A stretch of DNA of 64,000 nucleotides from a virus (taxonomy: Duplodnaviria; Caudoviricetes): IMG/VR virus record IMGVR_UViG_3300028591_000099, positions 32,001 through 96,000 of that record; one strand, 5' to 3'. The notes beneath the pieces were generated by a model, which saw nothing but the letters and a program-made list of their open reading frames with translations, was not told where the DNA came from and did not search any database. The stretch's first letter is position 1, and each line of letters opens with the position of its first letter. Position numbers and translations under genes: made by a program. Shown here in pieces: positions 37,601-51,058 of the stretch.

Positions 37601-40600
37601 CGAACATCCTTATGTCGTAAATGAAGATGGTTCTCACCCAACAATCGCAGAAGTTTCTGAATGCTGGGAATTAAGAGATAACCAGGGTGTTTGGTGCTCA
37701 TTCAAATATCCGAACGAAGAATCAAGACAAGCTGGATTTGGCACATTATCTGGTGATGCCACTGAAAGTGCTCCAAAGTTAGAGGCTCCATTACATTTTG
37801 AACCAAGATATAATAAAGAAGCTGATGAAATTGAGGCCGCTGCAAGTTATACGACAACACTTGATGGCAAAGATTATAGTGAGACAATTGGTAATGATAA
37901 TACTGCCATGTGTAACTATCTCCGTAAAAAATATGCTAATCTTGAGGTCTTATTTAACTGGCTAGATTCTACAGATACAGACAAGGCAACTAATCATGTC
38001 TGGACTGCGGAAGAAGGCGGGCCAAAACGTATTCCAGTCGTGTCTACTATCACTGGTGATAATACAGTATCTTATGAAACTATTGGAGATAAAACTTACG
38101 GTATATTTACTGCAGATACAAAAGAATATAGACGTCAAAAGTTCAGAGCAGAGTTTAATAAGCATTTAGACGAACACTATTGTGCTATTTACTTTATTAT
38201 GACTGAATTATTATTATGCTATGACTCTCGTGGTAAAAATATGATGATTGCGTCATTTGGTCCAAGAGAAGAAGGCGGCGATTATATCTGGTATCCAATT
38301 TTTTATGATATTGATACACAATTAGGCTTAAATAACGTTGGTGCTTTATTATGGGATTATAATGAAAATGCTACTGAAAATAAAACATTCTCGACTCCTG
38401 AAAGTGTGCTTTGGGTTAATTTTGCTGATATGTTTGGGGCAAATATTAGAAGTACATATGCTTCTTTAAGAAGCGGTGGAGATGGAGCACTATTAAGTTA
38501 TAATACCATTGAAGGTGCTTACACATGTAATCCAAATGTATTCAAAAACTCTATTGCGATGAGAGGTAAGAGACCAATTATCGCTATTGGATTAGATGAA
38601 TATTATAAATACTTAGCTCCTATTACTCAAGGTTATTATGATACTGCTGGTACAATTCAATCTGGTAGTAGTGGTAACTATTTATACGCTTGCCAAGGTG
38701 ATCGTATCTTATCAAGAGAGTTATTTATTACTAATCGTTTGAATTATATGGATGCTAAGTGAACTGCGGGTGACTATGAAGTTGAAGCGGCTAAACAGCA
38801 AGTTTATATGCGTTTAAATGTTAATGCTTCTGGTACTTCTGATATTTACTTAGATAGTAATACATTATCTGAATTACCTTCAACCGCAAGACCAGACCAA
38901 GAATTGGCTCCATACCCAGTGCCATATTTCGATACCATTCCGCAATATACTGCAACTCCATTCTTAAATCAATATGTTGTAGTCTGGTATGATGATACCA
39001 ATAGAATAGTATCTCCGGAGGCCTATAGCCCAGAAAAATATCCAAATGGTATAACTGTTGATGTAGAACCAAGTCGTGTTGACTCATTCAAAACAAGTGT
39101 TTTACAACAACAAATTGTTTATTTCCCAGCTGGTGATTTCTTATCTAGTTTAGGCGATTTAAGCACAAAATATCTTGACTCTATTGGTATTTATCATGGT
39201 AAGAGATTACTTGATATTACTCTTGGTAGTGATATTCCAGGTTATTATAATGACCAAGCTGGTTCTGGTACTATCTTTAGTTTAGGTGATGATGCTAACA
39301 GTAACAATAAGAAAACTCTGCTAAAGAAGATTAACTTAACTGGTCTTCGTAGACTAGCAGATTTCCAAGATGTTTCTGGTTCTGAAAAACTACAAGAGTT
39401 TAGAGCATTAAATACAGCATTACCTTATGCAGTATTTGCGAAAGGTGCTCCTCTTGATACATTACATTTGCCAAAATCAACAACTGAATTAAGATTGGCT
39501 GAGAATAAAAACTTAACTAAGATTTTAACAGAAAGACCGGTTGTATTAGAGTTCGATGAAGAAGGCAATGTTGTTCTTAATGCTGATGGTACTCCGAAAT
39601 ATAGAGACCATGAGACATATGAAGGTTTATATCTTGAGAATATCACTGACTATGATCCAAATAGAACTTATGAAGAGGCTTGTAAATTAACAACAATTCA
39701 AACCGATGCGGACGCACTTGGTTATGGTTCTTACCAGATTTTAGCAAATACAGTTGCTAGAAAAGTAGGGACAGATGGAACCTTAGCAATCCAAATGAAT
39801 AATGTTAATTGAACTCCTTATACTTTAGTAGAATATGGTGAAAGTCCAGTTGCTGGAACGAATTATTATGAATTAACCGACCATAGTACTTATATAGCAT
39901 ATACTCCAGATAGTAACTGAGATAATTTAACCTTGAATGGGAAGATTTATACATTAGATGAGAGTATTGTCCCAACAATTACCGATTTATCCTTATTAGA
40001 TACTTTCATTGAAGACTATGAATCTGCTTCTGAATTAGGCTTAATTAATCAGTTCACTAATACAAATGGTTCTGCGAGTGCGACAAGACCTACTATTACT
40101 GGTGAGATGTATGTTAATAATGCGGACGGCGAAGCAATCGCCGAAGACGAACTAACCTCTGTGTATGGTTTAGCTTGGCCGCAATTAACAATTAGAGCCG
40201 CAAAAATTAAGGAATCTTATTTAGCAAAATATATTCAAATTGATCCTAATACAAATAAGGAAATTGAATTAGACGTTGTTAGATATAATCCAGATACTTA
40301 TACTGGACAACCAATTCCTGAAATTAGCACTAAGGCTACTCCATATAGACAGTATTATGATTTCATTGGTTGGGCCTTTGAGCCAGATGGCGAGTTGGCT
40401 TATGACATTTCTACTAACTCCTGGACTGCTTTAGGTCAAAGTAAAGTATTTAGTGCAGAACAAAGTGTTATCACTTTATATGCAGTATTTACTCAGACAT
40501 TATACACAATTGAATACTATAATCCAGATGGAACATTGTTTGCTACTCAGCAAACAACTTATGGTCGTCCAATTCCTGCATTAACAGAATTACCAATATA

Positions 40601-41606
40601 CGCACCAAATGATTTAGAAGAACAAGAGATTTATTATTTCAAAGGTTATACTAGAGATATAGCAAATGCTTTACCTTCTAAAAATAAACTGCCATCTGTA
40701 TTATTAGATTTAAGCAGAACTTCTGTAACTGAAGATAATGTTAAGATTTATTTAGTCTATATTAAGCAAAATGTTCATGATGAAGCAACTGATTTAAAAT
40801 ACTTTGTATTCGAACCAGCGTCTTATAATGAAAGTGCGACTACGATTATAGCCGCTTATCAAGATGCGAGTTACAACGTAGCAAATGGTTATAAGATTGA
40901 CCTTAACCCAGACTATGTGGTATCTGGTAAGATTACTTTACCAAGTTATTATAATGGATTACCAGTCATTACACTTGGTAATAGTTTCACTAAATATCAT
41001 GGTGATTTAAGTAAAGATATTACTCACATCTTCTGGAAATCAAGTTCATCTGAACCTTGCACTGTTAGAACATTGGCCGCAAGTTCAAGACCAACTGGCA
41101 CAGTGACAATGAAACTGGAATATGTTGAAATCCCAGAAGGGGTTAGAACTCTTGGTAATTTCTTCTTCCAAGGTTTCCAATCAATAAAGACTGTTACTCC
41201 GGTTGCGGAAGGTGCGGAAAAGAATAGCATTATATTACCATCCAGTCTAGCTCTTATTGGATCGGATGTATTTAATAATGCTTTTGCTACTGGTGCTTCA
41301 CTTATCGCAATTAAGGTACCAGAAAAAGTCTGCTCTATGGGCGTAAGAGCATTTGGTAATATGTATGCATCTGTTGAGTCATTTGAAATTGGAACTTCTG
41401 ATGGAGGTTCTGATTTAGTTAGACTTGATAGTAGAAATCTTATTGAAAATACTGGTAGTATTGGCGGGCAGATTTATAACCATAATGCTGGTAGCACAAA
41501 TAGTTTAACATTCTATTACAAAACAACCGCTCAATATAATGGATTCTTAAGAGCAGATGGCAATTTCTCTAACATTATGTCAAAGAGTTATATACAAGTC
41601 GGTTAA
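34662..41606 (+). CDS. Giant multidomain virion protein (2,314 aa, code 4): LamG-like, CotH-kinase-like, InlB-B-repeat-like and BspA-type LRR regions
   Basis: Six TGA join four track ORFs; motifs LYIYLNGIL, QGTSSQGYPRRNYK, YIGRYNINLDK, YDSRGKNMM, WYPIFYDIDTQLG, YDFIGW…ITLYAVF, VEIPEGVRTLG/ILPSSLALIG. Confidence 0.85.
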
Positions 41607-41617
41607 GGAGGATTAGT

Positions 41618-41839
41618 ATGAGAAAAACACCTATTTATACATATTTAGGAACAAACGGCATAATAACATCTCCTGTTCATCTTGAAGATATTTACTATAC
41701 ATTAAAATACCGCTTAGAGGCGGATGCTAATAAAATGTTGACAAATGATGGCGGAGAAACAATGGTAAAGTCAGTCACTGTTCCAGCTGATGAAATCGAC
41801 CAATGGAAAGAAGTATATTCCAAGGTCAGTTCTAAATAA
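41618..41839 (+). CDS. Small protein (73 aa), possible fibre assembly factor
   Basis: SD AAGGAGG; follows the giant LRR-tipped protein. Confidence 0.75.
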   Translation: MRKTPIYTYLGTNGIITSPVHLEDIYYTLKYRLEADANKMLTNDGGETMVKSVTVPADEIDQWKEVYSKVSSK

Positions 41840-41869
41840 TCAAACTTAATGCAAAATTAAGTATAATAG
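41824..41869 (+). promoter_or_regulatory. Putative phage late-promoter motif copy
   Basis: GGTCAG-N7-TAA-N27-TAG. Confidence 0.5.
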
Positions 41870-41876
41870 TAGATTA

Positions 41877-41907
41877 AGAGGGAGATAATTAATATCTCCC
41901 TCTATTT
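41877..41907 (+). terminator. Hairpin (weak terminator or 5' stem-loop)
   Basis: AGAGGGAGAT/ATCTCCCTCT stem with only ATTT after it. Confidence 0.55.
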
Positions 41908-41932
41908 ATAAGGAAGATAAGGAGGAAATTAG

Positions 41933-44155
41933 ATGATTACTTATATTGATAGTAGTAATAAGGAAAAATACACCGTATTATTCCAAAAAGCCTCTGCAAA
42001 ACTTGGATTAGCTCCAATTATTAAAGAAGTTCTTCTAGAAAATGGTGATATTGATTACAAATATTTTAGAAGAGTTCAAGAAGATGGAGAATGAAAAGAA
42101 GTTGAACTTAATCCAGAAGTCGCAGAAGATAAAGCCTTTATCGATGGGGAAACTTCAAAAGAAATCACTAGTTTAAATGAATATTTTCAACATATCAATG
42201 ACTTAGCTCAGCTTGCTATTGGTCAGGGACGTGCGGGTTCAGACCCTTACTTTTTAAGACTTCCATTAGACGAACCTTTTTTAGAGATTAACGCAAATAC
42301 TCGTGTTATCACAGTTCCAAGTCAATTAAGACAAATTGGTGTTCGTGGTGATAAGTATGCTGAAGTAGTATTCTTCAAAATTGATAGATATTATGATGCA
42401 GTTGATTTAGCAACTCGTCATATTTATATTGAATGGGAAGATGCTGCTGGAAAGAAAGGCGTCTCTAGAGACTTCTTAAAAGATACTCAATCTGAAAAGG
42501 ATAAAATTATCTTTGGTTGGGTTATTGGTGATGAATTAACAGAAGCTGTTGGTAATATTAAATTTGCTGTTAGATTCGTTGAATGGGCAACACAGGAAGA
42601 TTCTTCAGTTGCTCCAGAAGAGGGTAGAGGATTAGAATATAGTTTCAGTTCATTACCAGCTCAAATGTCAATTGTTGACAGCTTAAATTATTCATTATTT
42701 GAAGATGATGAAGCAGCAAAAATGATTGATACTGAAGGCCAGGGAGCAATGATTTTATTCTACTTAGAAGACTCAGATCCTGATTCCGCAGATGAAACTG
42801 CTCCTGAGCTCGCAGATGTCCCAGTATTTGTTCGTAATTTAAGACATATCATGGGAGCTGCTGAAGCTGAAGGTTTATATGAGGCTGATTTAGCTGATGG
42901 CAAATTAGAATTATTAGTTGAGGCTTCATCTCTTGCTGATAGTGGTAATATTAGTTATATATTTGCTAAGAAAGATCAGCTTGATGGCGGAGCCAATGGT
43001 ATAGTTGCTAAAATTAAGTTTATTCCGATTGAATTAGAGAGTGCGGCCGCAGCCGAAACCGATCGGATTTACTATCAAAAATTGGCTAATGACACATTTG
43101 AAGTTGTTAGTGTTGATAGTTTAGACTTCGTAGAAGGCCCAGTCACAGTTTATGAAAAGGTTGCTTATGCGATTGTCAGTGAACCTGGTTATTATTTCGC
43201 AAAAGCAAGAAATAGCGTAAGTGGCAAAAAGGCTAGTTCAAAAGAAAGTGATATGTTATATATCCCATATGCAAGTGCTCCAGAAATCAAAAAAGAAATG
43301 CCGAAGAGATTCGTCATTAAAGAAGCTGAGTATAGTCTTGCGAAGAACGAAACTATTGACCAATCTCAGATGCCAGGTGCACAACAGTCCAATATCCAGG
43401 TTCAGGCTGGCGAAGTAGGCCCGGCCGCAATCACTTTAGGTGCTGCTGAAGTCGGCCCAGTATTTGAAGCTGCTAAATCAGCTGGTTTATCCTATGAGTG
43501 GTTTAAGAGTGAAGCATTAGACGCTGAAGGTCATATGGTTGAGCCAGTTTCTATTAGCACTTCTGGACCTGAATTAGAGGTTACAGAACCTGGTTATTAT
43601 GCAGTTAAAGTAGTTAATAGTTTTAATAATGATACTGAAGAAATTGACAAAGAAGCTGCTGGCATCATCAGAGTTACAGCAATGCCTGAAGTGCCAGAAG
43701 TCTTATTCGAAGATTGGACTAAGACTGTTGTAAGCGGCGACCCAAGCACTAAAATTGAAATTGCTGAACCAGCTGCTTATGATGAAGTTAGTTATGAATG
43801 GCATATGGTAACTGGTGACAATGCTGATATGGACCCAATTGCTGAAGGATATATGGCTGACGCCGCAGGTAAGATTGAGTTCACTGAAGGAAAAGGCGTT
43901 ATTCCATTCCATCCATTAGCAGCAGGTTTCTATTACTTCATTGTTAAGAATGAATTAAATGAAGCTTCTATCTTAATGAATAGTGGCGAACAATTCGGCA
44001 CAATTTATGTTGCTACTGGAAGCAATGCCCCAGTAAATCCAACACCAACTCCACAACCAGAACCAAGTGATGAACCAGCAGACGTTATCGATGGTGGCGA
44101 AGCAGGTAATGGCGGAGAAGGCCAAGTTGACGGCGGAGAAACAAACGAAGGATAG
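41933..44155 (+). CDS. BppU-like upper-baseplate domain protein with Ig-like repeats (740 aa, code 4)
   Basis: SD AAGGAGG; one TGA; EINANTRVITVP…FKIDRYYDAVDL…GNIKFAVRF; PGYY(F/A)xK and YEW repeats; PT/PE-rich tail; TAG. Confidence 0.75.
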
Positions 44156-44174
44156 TAAGAGAGGTAGATAACCT

Positions 44175-44831
44175 ATGATTACAACTCCTGAGGAATATAT
44201 AAAATACCTATGAGGGATTGAGTCAAAGGATGAAGAAGGCAATGTTATAAATCCTTATAACAATAAGCCTATTCTATCTATCATTTTGCCGTCAGATGAA
44301 AGAACTTTTGATGTCGATCTCAGCAAGAGAGAAATATCTGTTCCTACTTTTTTAAGTGTTTCAAAAGACCACAGAGCAGAAACAGTATATTTCTTAGTAG
44401 ATAGATATTATGAATACAAAGATTTAGCTCAAACATCTTGTATGATTGAGTATATAAATGCGGCCGGGGAGGGTGGCTTCTACCCGGTCCCATTCTATGA
44501 TATCTCTTCTTATCCGAGATATTTTGATGAGAATGAAGTCGCTCACGAAGCTAAGATGCTTATACCTTGGTGTATCGAGGGTGACGTTACAAAAGCCGCA
44601 GGTGCAGTCCAATTTGTATTGAGATTTTATGAATTAGACGATGCCAATGAAAAGTTCGTTTATAATATAAGAACAAAGGACGCTACTGGGCAAGTTTTAA
44701 ATGGTCTTGATGAAAGCACCATTGACGCGAGTATCAATAACGATTTTATGAGTAATATCGCTCAACAAATTAACGCAAAGTTAGATAGTGTTGAAGGCAC
44801 AATATATTGAGACGATTTACCTAATTATTAA
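44175..44831 (+). CDS. BppU-like domain protein (218 aa, code 4), paralogous to the N-terminus of the preceding gene
   Basis: SD GAGGT; two TGA; DVDLSKREISVP…FLVDRYYEYKDL…GAVQFVLRF. Confidence 0.75.
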
Positions 44832-44834
44832 CCT

Positions 44835-44869
44835 ATAAGGGTCTCCTTTTGGAGACCCTTATTTTTTTT
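44835..44869 (+). terminator. Rho-independent terminator
   Basis: ATAAGGGTCTCC/GGAGACCCTTAT stem plus T run. Confidence 0.85.
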
Positions 44870-44915
44870 GGCCAAATGAAGGTAAATATATAGTCTTAAT
44901 TTTCAATTAACTTAG
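44870..44915 (+). promoter_or_regulatory. Putative phage late-promoter motif copy
   Basis: GGCCAA-N7-TAA-N27-TAG. Confidence 0.55.
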
Positions 44916-44980
44916 GAAATAAAGATTTCCTATTACTGGAAATTTTATGATATAATAAAGAGAGAAAGGAGACGTATAAA

Positions 44981-45676
44981 ATGCCAGATAATGAAAGAAC
45001 AACACCTTTAATTAAGATGAAAGTAGGCACAATTACCGACTTAGCAGAAAATACAAATTATCCAGCATTAGAACCCGGCAGTGTTTTGTTTGCGATAGAT
45101 GCTGAAACCGGTAAAGGCAAAATCTTATTTGATTTACCTACTGAATTGAGAAATAGTGAGCATCCAGAAAACTACCGCATTATTATGTCAACCGATGCGG
45201 AGTTCGCTGATTATGCAACTACTGCTGGAACGGCTCAACAGGCAAACGTCGCAACAGCAGCAGGCGTTTTATCTAACTTCCCACCTATTGATGGTGTAGG
45301 TTTTGATGGTTCCAAATCCATTATTCACTACGGCGTTTGTAATACCGGAGCAGCGGTCGCCGCAAAAACAGTTACTTGCCAAGATTTTGGATTATTAACT
45401 GGTTCCAGAATTATGGTAAAATATACTTATACAAATACAGCAGAAAATCCGACTTTAAGTGTTAATAATTCACCAGCAAAACCAATTTACTATAAAGGAG
45501 CAGCAATGCCAACTCCTTATATTCAAGCCAATTCAGTTCACGAATATGTGTATGATGGAACTAATTGGAACTATGTTGGCACATTAGCAAGTGAATTAGG
45601 AATTACGATTGATGAGAATATAAATACTTTATTTATCACCTCGCCAATCGAGAATGGAGATGGGGTGAGTTACTAA
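44981..45676 (+). CDS. Tail fibre-associated protein (231 aa)
   Basis: SD AAAGGAG; YGVCNT..AAKTV…NPTLSVN..AKPIYY…YDGTNW domain; ends NGDGVSY. Confidence 0.8.
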   Translation: MPDNERTTPLIKMKVGTITDLAENTNYPALEPGSVLFAIDAETGKGKILFDLPTELRNSEHPENYRIIMSTDAEFADYATTAGTAQQANVATAAGVLSNFPPIDGVGFDGSKSIIHYGVCNTGAAVAAKTVTCQDFGLLTGSRIMVKYTYTNTAENPTLSVNNSPAKPIYYKGAAMPTPYIQANSVHEYVYDGTNWNYVGTLASELGITIDENINTLFITSPIENGDGVSY

Positions 45677-48636
45677 TGCCAGAAACAACAGTTTATACTA
45701 ATAATAAATACTATCAAGATATTGCTGATGCGATTAGAGAAAAAAATGGCACAGAAAATACTTATACTCCAGCTCAAATGGCTCCTGCTATTAGGAAGTT
45801 AGCCGGTGGAGAAACCCCAGGTGAAACTATAAATAATCAAAATAAAACAGTAACTCCAACAGAAAGCCAGCAATTAGTGACAGCAGATAATGGCTATACT
45901 GGACTAGGAACAGTTACAGTAAATCCGATTAGCAGCACATATGTAGGCACCGGTGTAACTCGTCAAGGTGCCACAACAATAACCCCAAGCGATAGTCCGC
46001 AGATAGCGGTTGCCGCAGATACTTATGTAACGGCACCGGTTGAAATTGAAGAAGTTCCAACAGAGGAAATAACTGCAACCGCAAATGGTATAGTAACACC
46101 AAGTAGCGGCAAGTTCTTATCTAGAGTTACAGTTAATGTGCCTGTTGGAGCAACTATCAATAATCAAGATAAAAATGTCGCTCCGACAGAAGAAGAACAA
46201 ACTATTGTAGCCGATAATGGCTATACTGGTTTAGGAGTTGTTACTGTTAGAGCTATTGATGAAAATTATGTCGGTAGTGGAGTTGCTAGAAATAATAGCA
46301 ATAGTTTAAGTGCGGTCGGCGGCACTGTCACGGTGCCAGCCGGGTATTATAGTATACAAGCGACTAAAACGATAACTGCCAGTGAGTTAGTAAATGGAAC
46401 ATTAAATATTGATGATGATGGCACTTACGATGTAACTAATTATGCTTCTGCAGAAGTGGCGATTGATTATGTGAGTAAAACTTTACCATTAACGATTATT
46501 AACCACCTATCGTCTAATATTACTTTGACAAGTTCAGTATTAACGGCGAACATTATTGGAACCCTAAAAAATAAGCAATATATAAGAACAATGAATGCGG
46601 GTATCGTTAATGCGAATAGCCAAAATACATATAGGGTTCCAGGAGCAGGATTTCTTCTATATTTAATAGGAGCTTCAAGGGATACAAATTTTGAAGTGCA
46701 TATTAATGATACAGTTAAAACTCCTTTGCTAGAAGGTAAAAATAGTAACGGCAGACCAATTAAAATTTATCATATTAGTAGTTCCAACTGTCCTGCTCCA
46801 GATGGCGGTGTTATAGATATTTATGAATCAACTGATTCATTTAAAGAATCTGTTATATTAGATACTTTAATAGCGACTACTAATGATACATATACAGCAC
46901 CTACTGGCACAGCATACTCATCTGTCACAGTCAACATCCCATCAGACATTAACAACCAGAATAAAACAGCAACCCCTACTGGTGATACACAAACAATAAC
47001 ACCAGATACGGGATACTCTGGATTGGGCACAGTTACTGTTTACCCAATCCCAAGTCAATATATCGTTCCAACTGGAACATTAGAAATAGTCGCAAATGGG
47101 ACTAAGGACGTCACTTCATATGCAAGTGTTGATGTTAATATCCCATCTGATATAAACAATCAAGAAAAAACTGTAACCCCAACAAAAGCCAGCCAGGAAG
47201 TAACTCCTGATACTGGATATTCTGGATTAGGGAAAGTCACAGTCAATCCAATACCAGCCAGCTATATTACAACCAGTGATGCTGATGCGGTCGCCGCAAA
47301 TATTTTATTAAATAAAACGGCCTATGTAAATGGTTCAAAAATTACTGGTATAATGGCTAATAATGGAGCCACTGGTGGAACAATTACAACCCAAGGTGGC
47401 ACATATACGATCCCCGCTGGATATACATCTGGTGGAACTGTAACCGCCAGCTTAACTGGAACTACATTAACTGATTCAATTATCAGCGGGACTGCTTATG
47501 AGGAAACATCTGGCGATTATGCTTGAAAAAGCACAGTTCAAATTCCAGAAGGTTACCATAATGCGGCAACGATAACCAAAGAGTTTAGCTCAATATTCCC
47601 AGCTCCTGAATCTGAAGGAGATGCCGCAAAAATGTTGCTAGGCTATCAGTTATATGACCACGATGGGAAAGTAATAACTGGTACAATGCCAAACAGCACA
47701 TTCTCAGCGACATTAGATGATGTTACTGCTAGCGTGCCGATCCCAGCTGGATATCACACAGGAACTGGAACTATAAGTCATAACACAGTTGCGATACCAT
47801 CACCAGAGATGTCATTCAATTCAACTACTGGTGTTATTACAGCAAGTGGAAGTTGGACTAAAGGTTATACTACAAACAATAGTTATTCTAACACTTATAG
47901 TTTAACTACTAGAAGTGTTAGTGATTTAACAGTAAGTGGTGCTACGGTGACTGCGCCGGCCGGCTATTATGCTGCTGCGGCATCGAAGTCAGTAGCGGCT
48001 ATGACCCTGCCGACCGCAATCTCCAATACCAGTTCAGGCACAAGAAAATTAACAGTTGGTAGAAGCACAAATACTCAATACATCAATATCCCAGTGGGAT
48101 ACAATAATGCAGCGGCTTATTACGAAATTAGTTCAGTAGCAAATGGTTCAGCGACTAACTCGGGTTCAGCATCAGGATCATCTGCTACATTATCTACTGG
48201 AACAAACACTTTAACATTAAGTAAAGCTGTTTCAATTACACCGACAGTAACTGCTGGTTATATCTCAAGTGGTACTGCTGGAAATGTTACAGTATCATTA
48301 ACCGCAAATGTAACTACAAAGGCTGCTGCTACTATTACACCAGGCACTTCAAATCAGACAATTGCGTCTGGTACTTATTTAACTGGCACGCAAACGATTG
48401 CCGGAGATGCAGATTTAGTTGCAGGTAATATTAAATCTGGTGTTAATATTTTCGGAGTAAGTGGAACATTCACAAGCGACGCAGATGCTACTGCTAATGA
48501 TATTATTTCAGGAGCTACGGCCTATGTCGATGGAGAGTTAATTACTGGTGGGTTAGTAGTTAATAAGTATTATACAGGCACAACTGCTCCAGCCGCTGCG
48601 TTGGGAAATAATGGCGATATTTATTTACAACAATAA
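45676..48636 (+). CDS. Repeat-rich tail fibre (986 aa, code 4)
   Basis: TAATG coupling; IADAIREK N-terminus; four INNQxKTVTPT…DxGYxGLGxVTV repeats; one TGA; ends GNNGDIYLQQ. Confidence 0.85.
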
Positions 48637-48653
48637 GGGGGGGTAAATAAAAT

Positions 48654-51044
48654 ATGGCTAGACAAATAAACATTAATGATACAATAAATAAAGATATTAC
48701 ATATTTTGATAGTGATAATTCTACATATGATAGAATTAGTGATTATTACCCAATCTCAGGTGGCTTAGGCGGAGCTGATGACGGAAATTACGCATATTTC
48801 TATCTTAATACTGGTTCTAGGGCTGAAACTTGAGTTTATTACGGTTTTGATTTTAGCGATATACCCGCAGGTGCAACGATTACATCTGTTTCTTGTCGTG
48901 CAAAAGGATATATTAATACTACTAATAGTAATAGAATTACTACTCGTACGATTGCTGCTTATACAGGTACAACGCAAAAAGGTAGCACTACCGACATTTC
49001 CAATAGTACCAATGCGATTACTCTTTCTGTTGGCTCTTGAACAAGGGCAGAATTACAAAATGCGAAGATTGGTATTCACGCAGTTAGAGGTAATTCAAAT
49101 ACAACATCAGATTATCATGTGCGTTTTTATGGTGCTACTATGACAGTTAATTATTCTGCATCAGGCACCGCTTATACAATCACTGCCTCTAGTTCAGTTG
49201 CTTCAACTACAGTAACGCCCGATTCTCAAGAATTAATAAACGGGGAAGAAGCGGTTGTTCGTATTGATACGCCGAATGTTGATGATATTGTTGTAACTGA
49301 TAACGGTGTTGAAGTAAATGATTTGCTAGAACAACATCAAGTACCAACTGGGGGCACCGTTTCTGCGGTTCCTGCCTCATATACTACAAGTGGCAGTATT
49401 AGTGGCACTAGATATAGAAATACTGTTGGGTGTGGTGTAGATAATCCATCTGGTCAAACTGGAAATGACTATTGCGGTAGCAGCGGTTCAACTGCGACAA
49501 TATATTATCATTTTAATTTTGATGATATTCCAGATGAAGCTACAATTACCAGCATGACCGTGCGAGCATATGGACATTTAGAAAATGCTTCGCAATCAAA
49601 TGAAGTTGCTAGATTAAATACCTATTATGGAACAACTGCGAAAGGTACGGTAACTGAATATACAAGTACTTCAAATCAAATTAAAACAATTCCAGCTGGA
49701 AATTGAACTGTAGCTCAATTAAAAGATGACGCAAGAGTTGGATTCACAATTGGTTATTATGGTGGTTTAACAACTGGTATTACTTGAGAAGTAACATATA
49801 CAGTTCCGAGTACGGGCAATGATTATTATTACACGTATAGTATGCCAAATCTATCGGCAGACCACGTTATTTTAATTGAAGAAGCTGGGGTTTATATCCC
49901 ACCAGAAGAAGACCCAGAGGAAACATATTGGCCGATTACTATTTCAAGTATTAATGCAAGCACAAATCCAGTAAATGGCACAGTTCGTGTGGTAGAGGGC
50001 ACTAATCAAACGATTACTATTACTCCGACTGATCCGCAATTAACTTTGGCGCTGGATAATGGTGTTGATATTACAAGCCAGTTACATGGTGGTATTCCAA
50101 ATAACACATATACTGTTGACACGCAAGTGTCTGGTGCTTCTTATGGATTTACTTTAAATTCATCTACTGGCTATTATAGATCAACAAATGGTGGTGTTGG
50201 TTCATCCGCTTCTGTTGCAAGAGTTAATTTTGATTTAGAGTCAGATGTATTGGTTACAATTCAATATATTAACCAAGGTGAATCACAAGCTGACTATGGT
50301 ATGTTTGGTAAAATTGATACTACAGTTTCTACAACCGGAAATACCTATAATAATAGTTCTGCTAGTCCAGATGACCCAAATAATTATTATTATATGTGTG
50401 CAGCGTCTAGTGACTCCTCCACTTCCGCAAAAACTTTAACATATGAAATTCCAATGGGGCAACACTATATTGATATTAAATATGCTAAAGACCAAGCAAG
50501 TGATTCTGGTTTAGATTCACTACAATGAAAAATTTTAAGTGTTGAAGCAACTAGTGCAGGTGGTGATTACACATATACATTAACAAATGTTACCCAAAAA
50601 CATAGTTTAATATTTGTATTTGGTGATGTTACCTTTTGGTATGTCACATCATCTGGCACATCTGGTATGCGTTTATTCCCAGATGGGCAACAAGTAAAAT
50701 TAGACGGCGATGGTTATGTATTAAATATTGTCCCTGATAATATAAGTTCAACAATTACAATCACTGATAATGGTAATAATGTAACATCATCATTAGAACG
50801 AGAAACAGGAGTGGATAAAAATAATAATCCTGTTGTAAGTTATAAATATAAATTAAATAACATTACAGCTAATCACACAATAAATGTGACAGCTGGAGGT
50901 GCAACAATACAACTTTATGTTAAAGAAAATGATACATGAAGAATGTATTCAAAAGTTTATAAAAAAATAAACGGCTCTTGAGTAGAGCAAAGCGATATAG
51001 CTAGTGTATTTAGTACATCGGCTAATTATGTTAGAAAGAATTAG
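48654..51044 (+). CDS. Putative receptor-binding/fibre tip protein (796 aa, code 4)
   Basis: Seven TGA; repeated F(D/N)F.DIP..ATITS and TDNG modules; C-terminal YVKENDT-W…YKKINGS-W; TAG 51042-51044. Confidence 0.8.
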
Positions 51045-51058
51045 GAAGGAGAGAAGAA

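Noticed and set aside
48637-48643. G7 tract in the SD region of the 48654 gene as a phase-variation switch
   Set aside because: Short tract that can simply serve as an SD; no evidence of length variation without reads.
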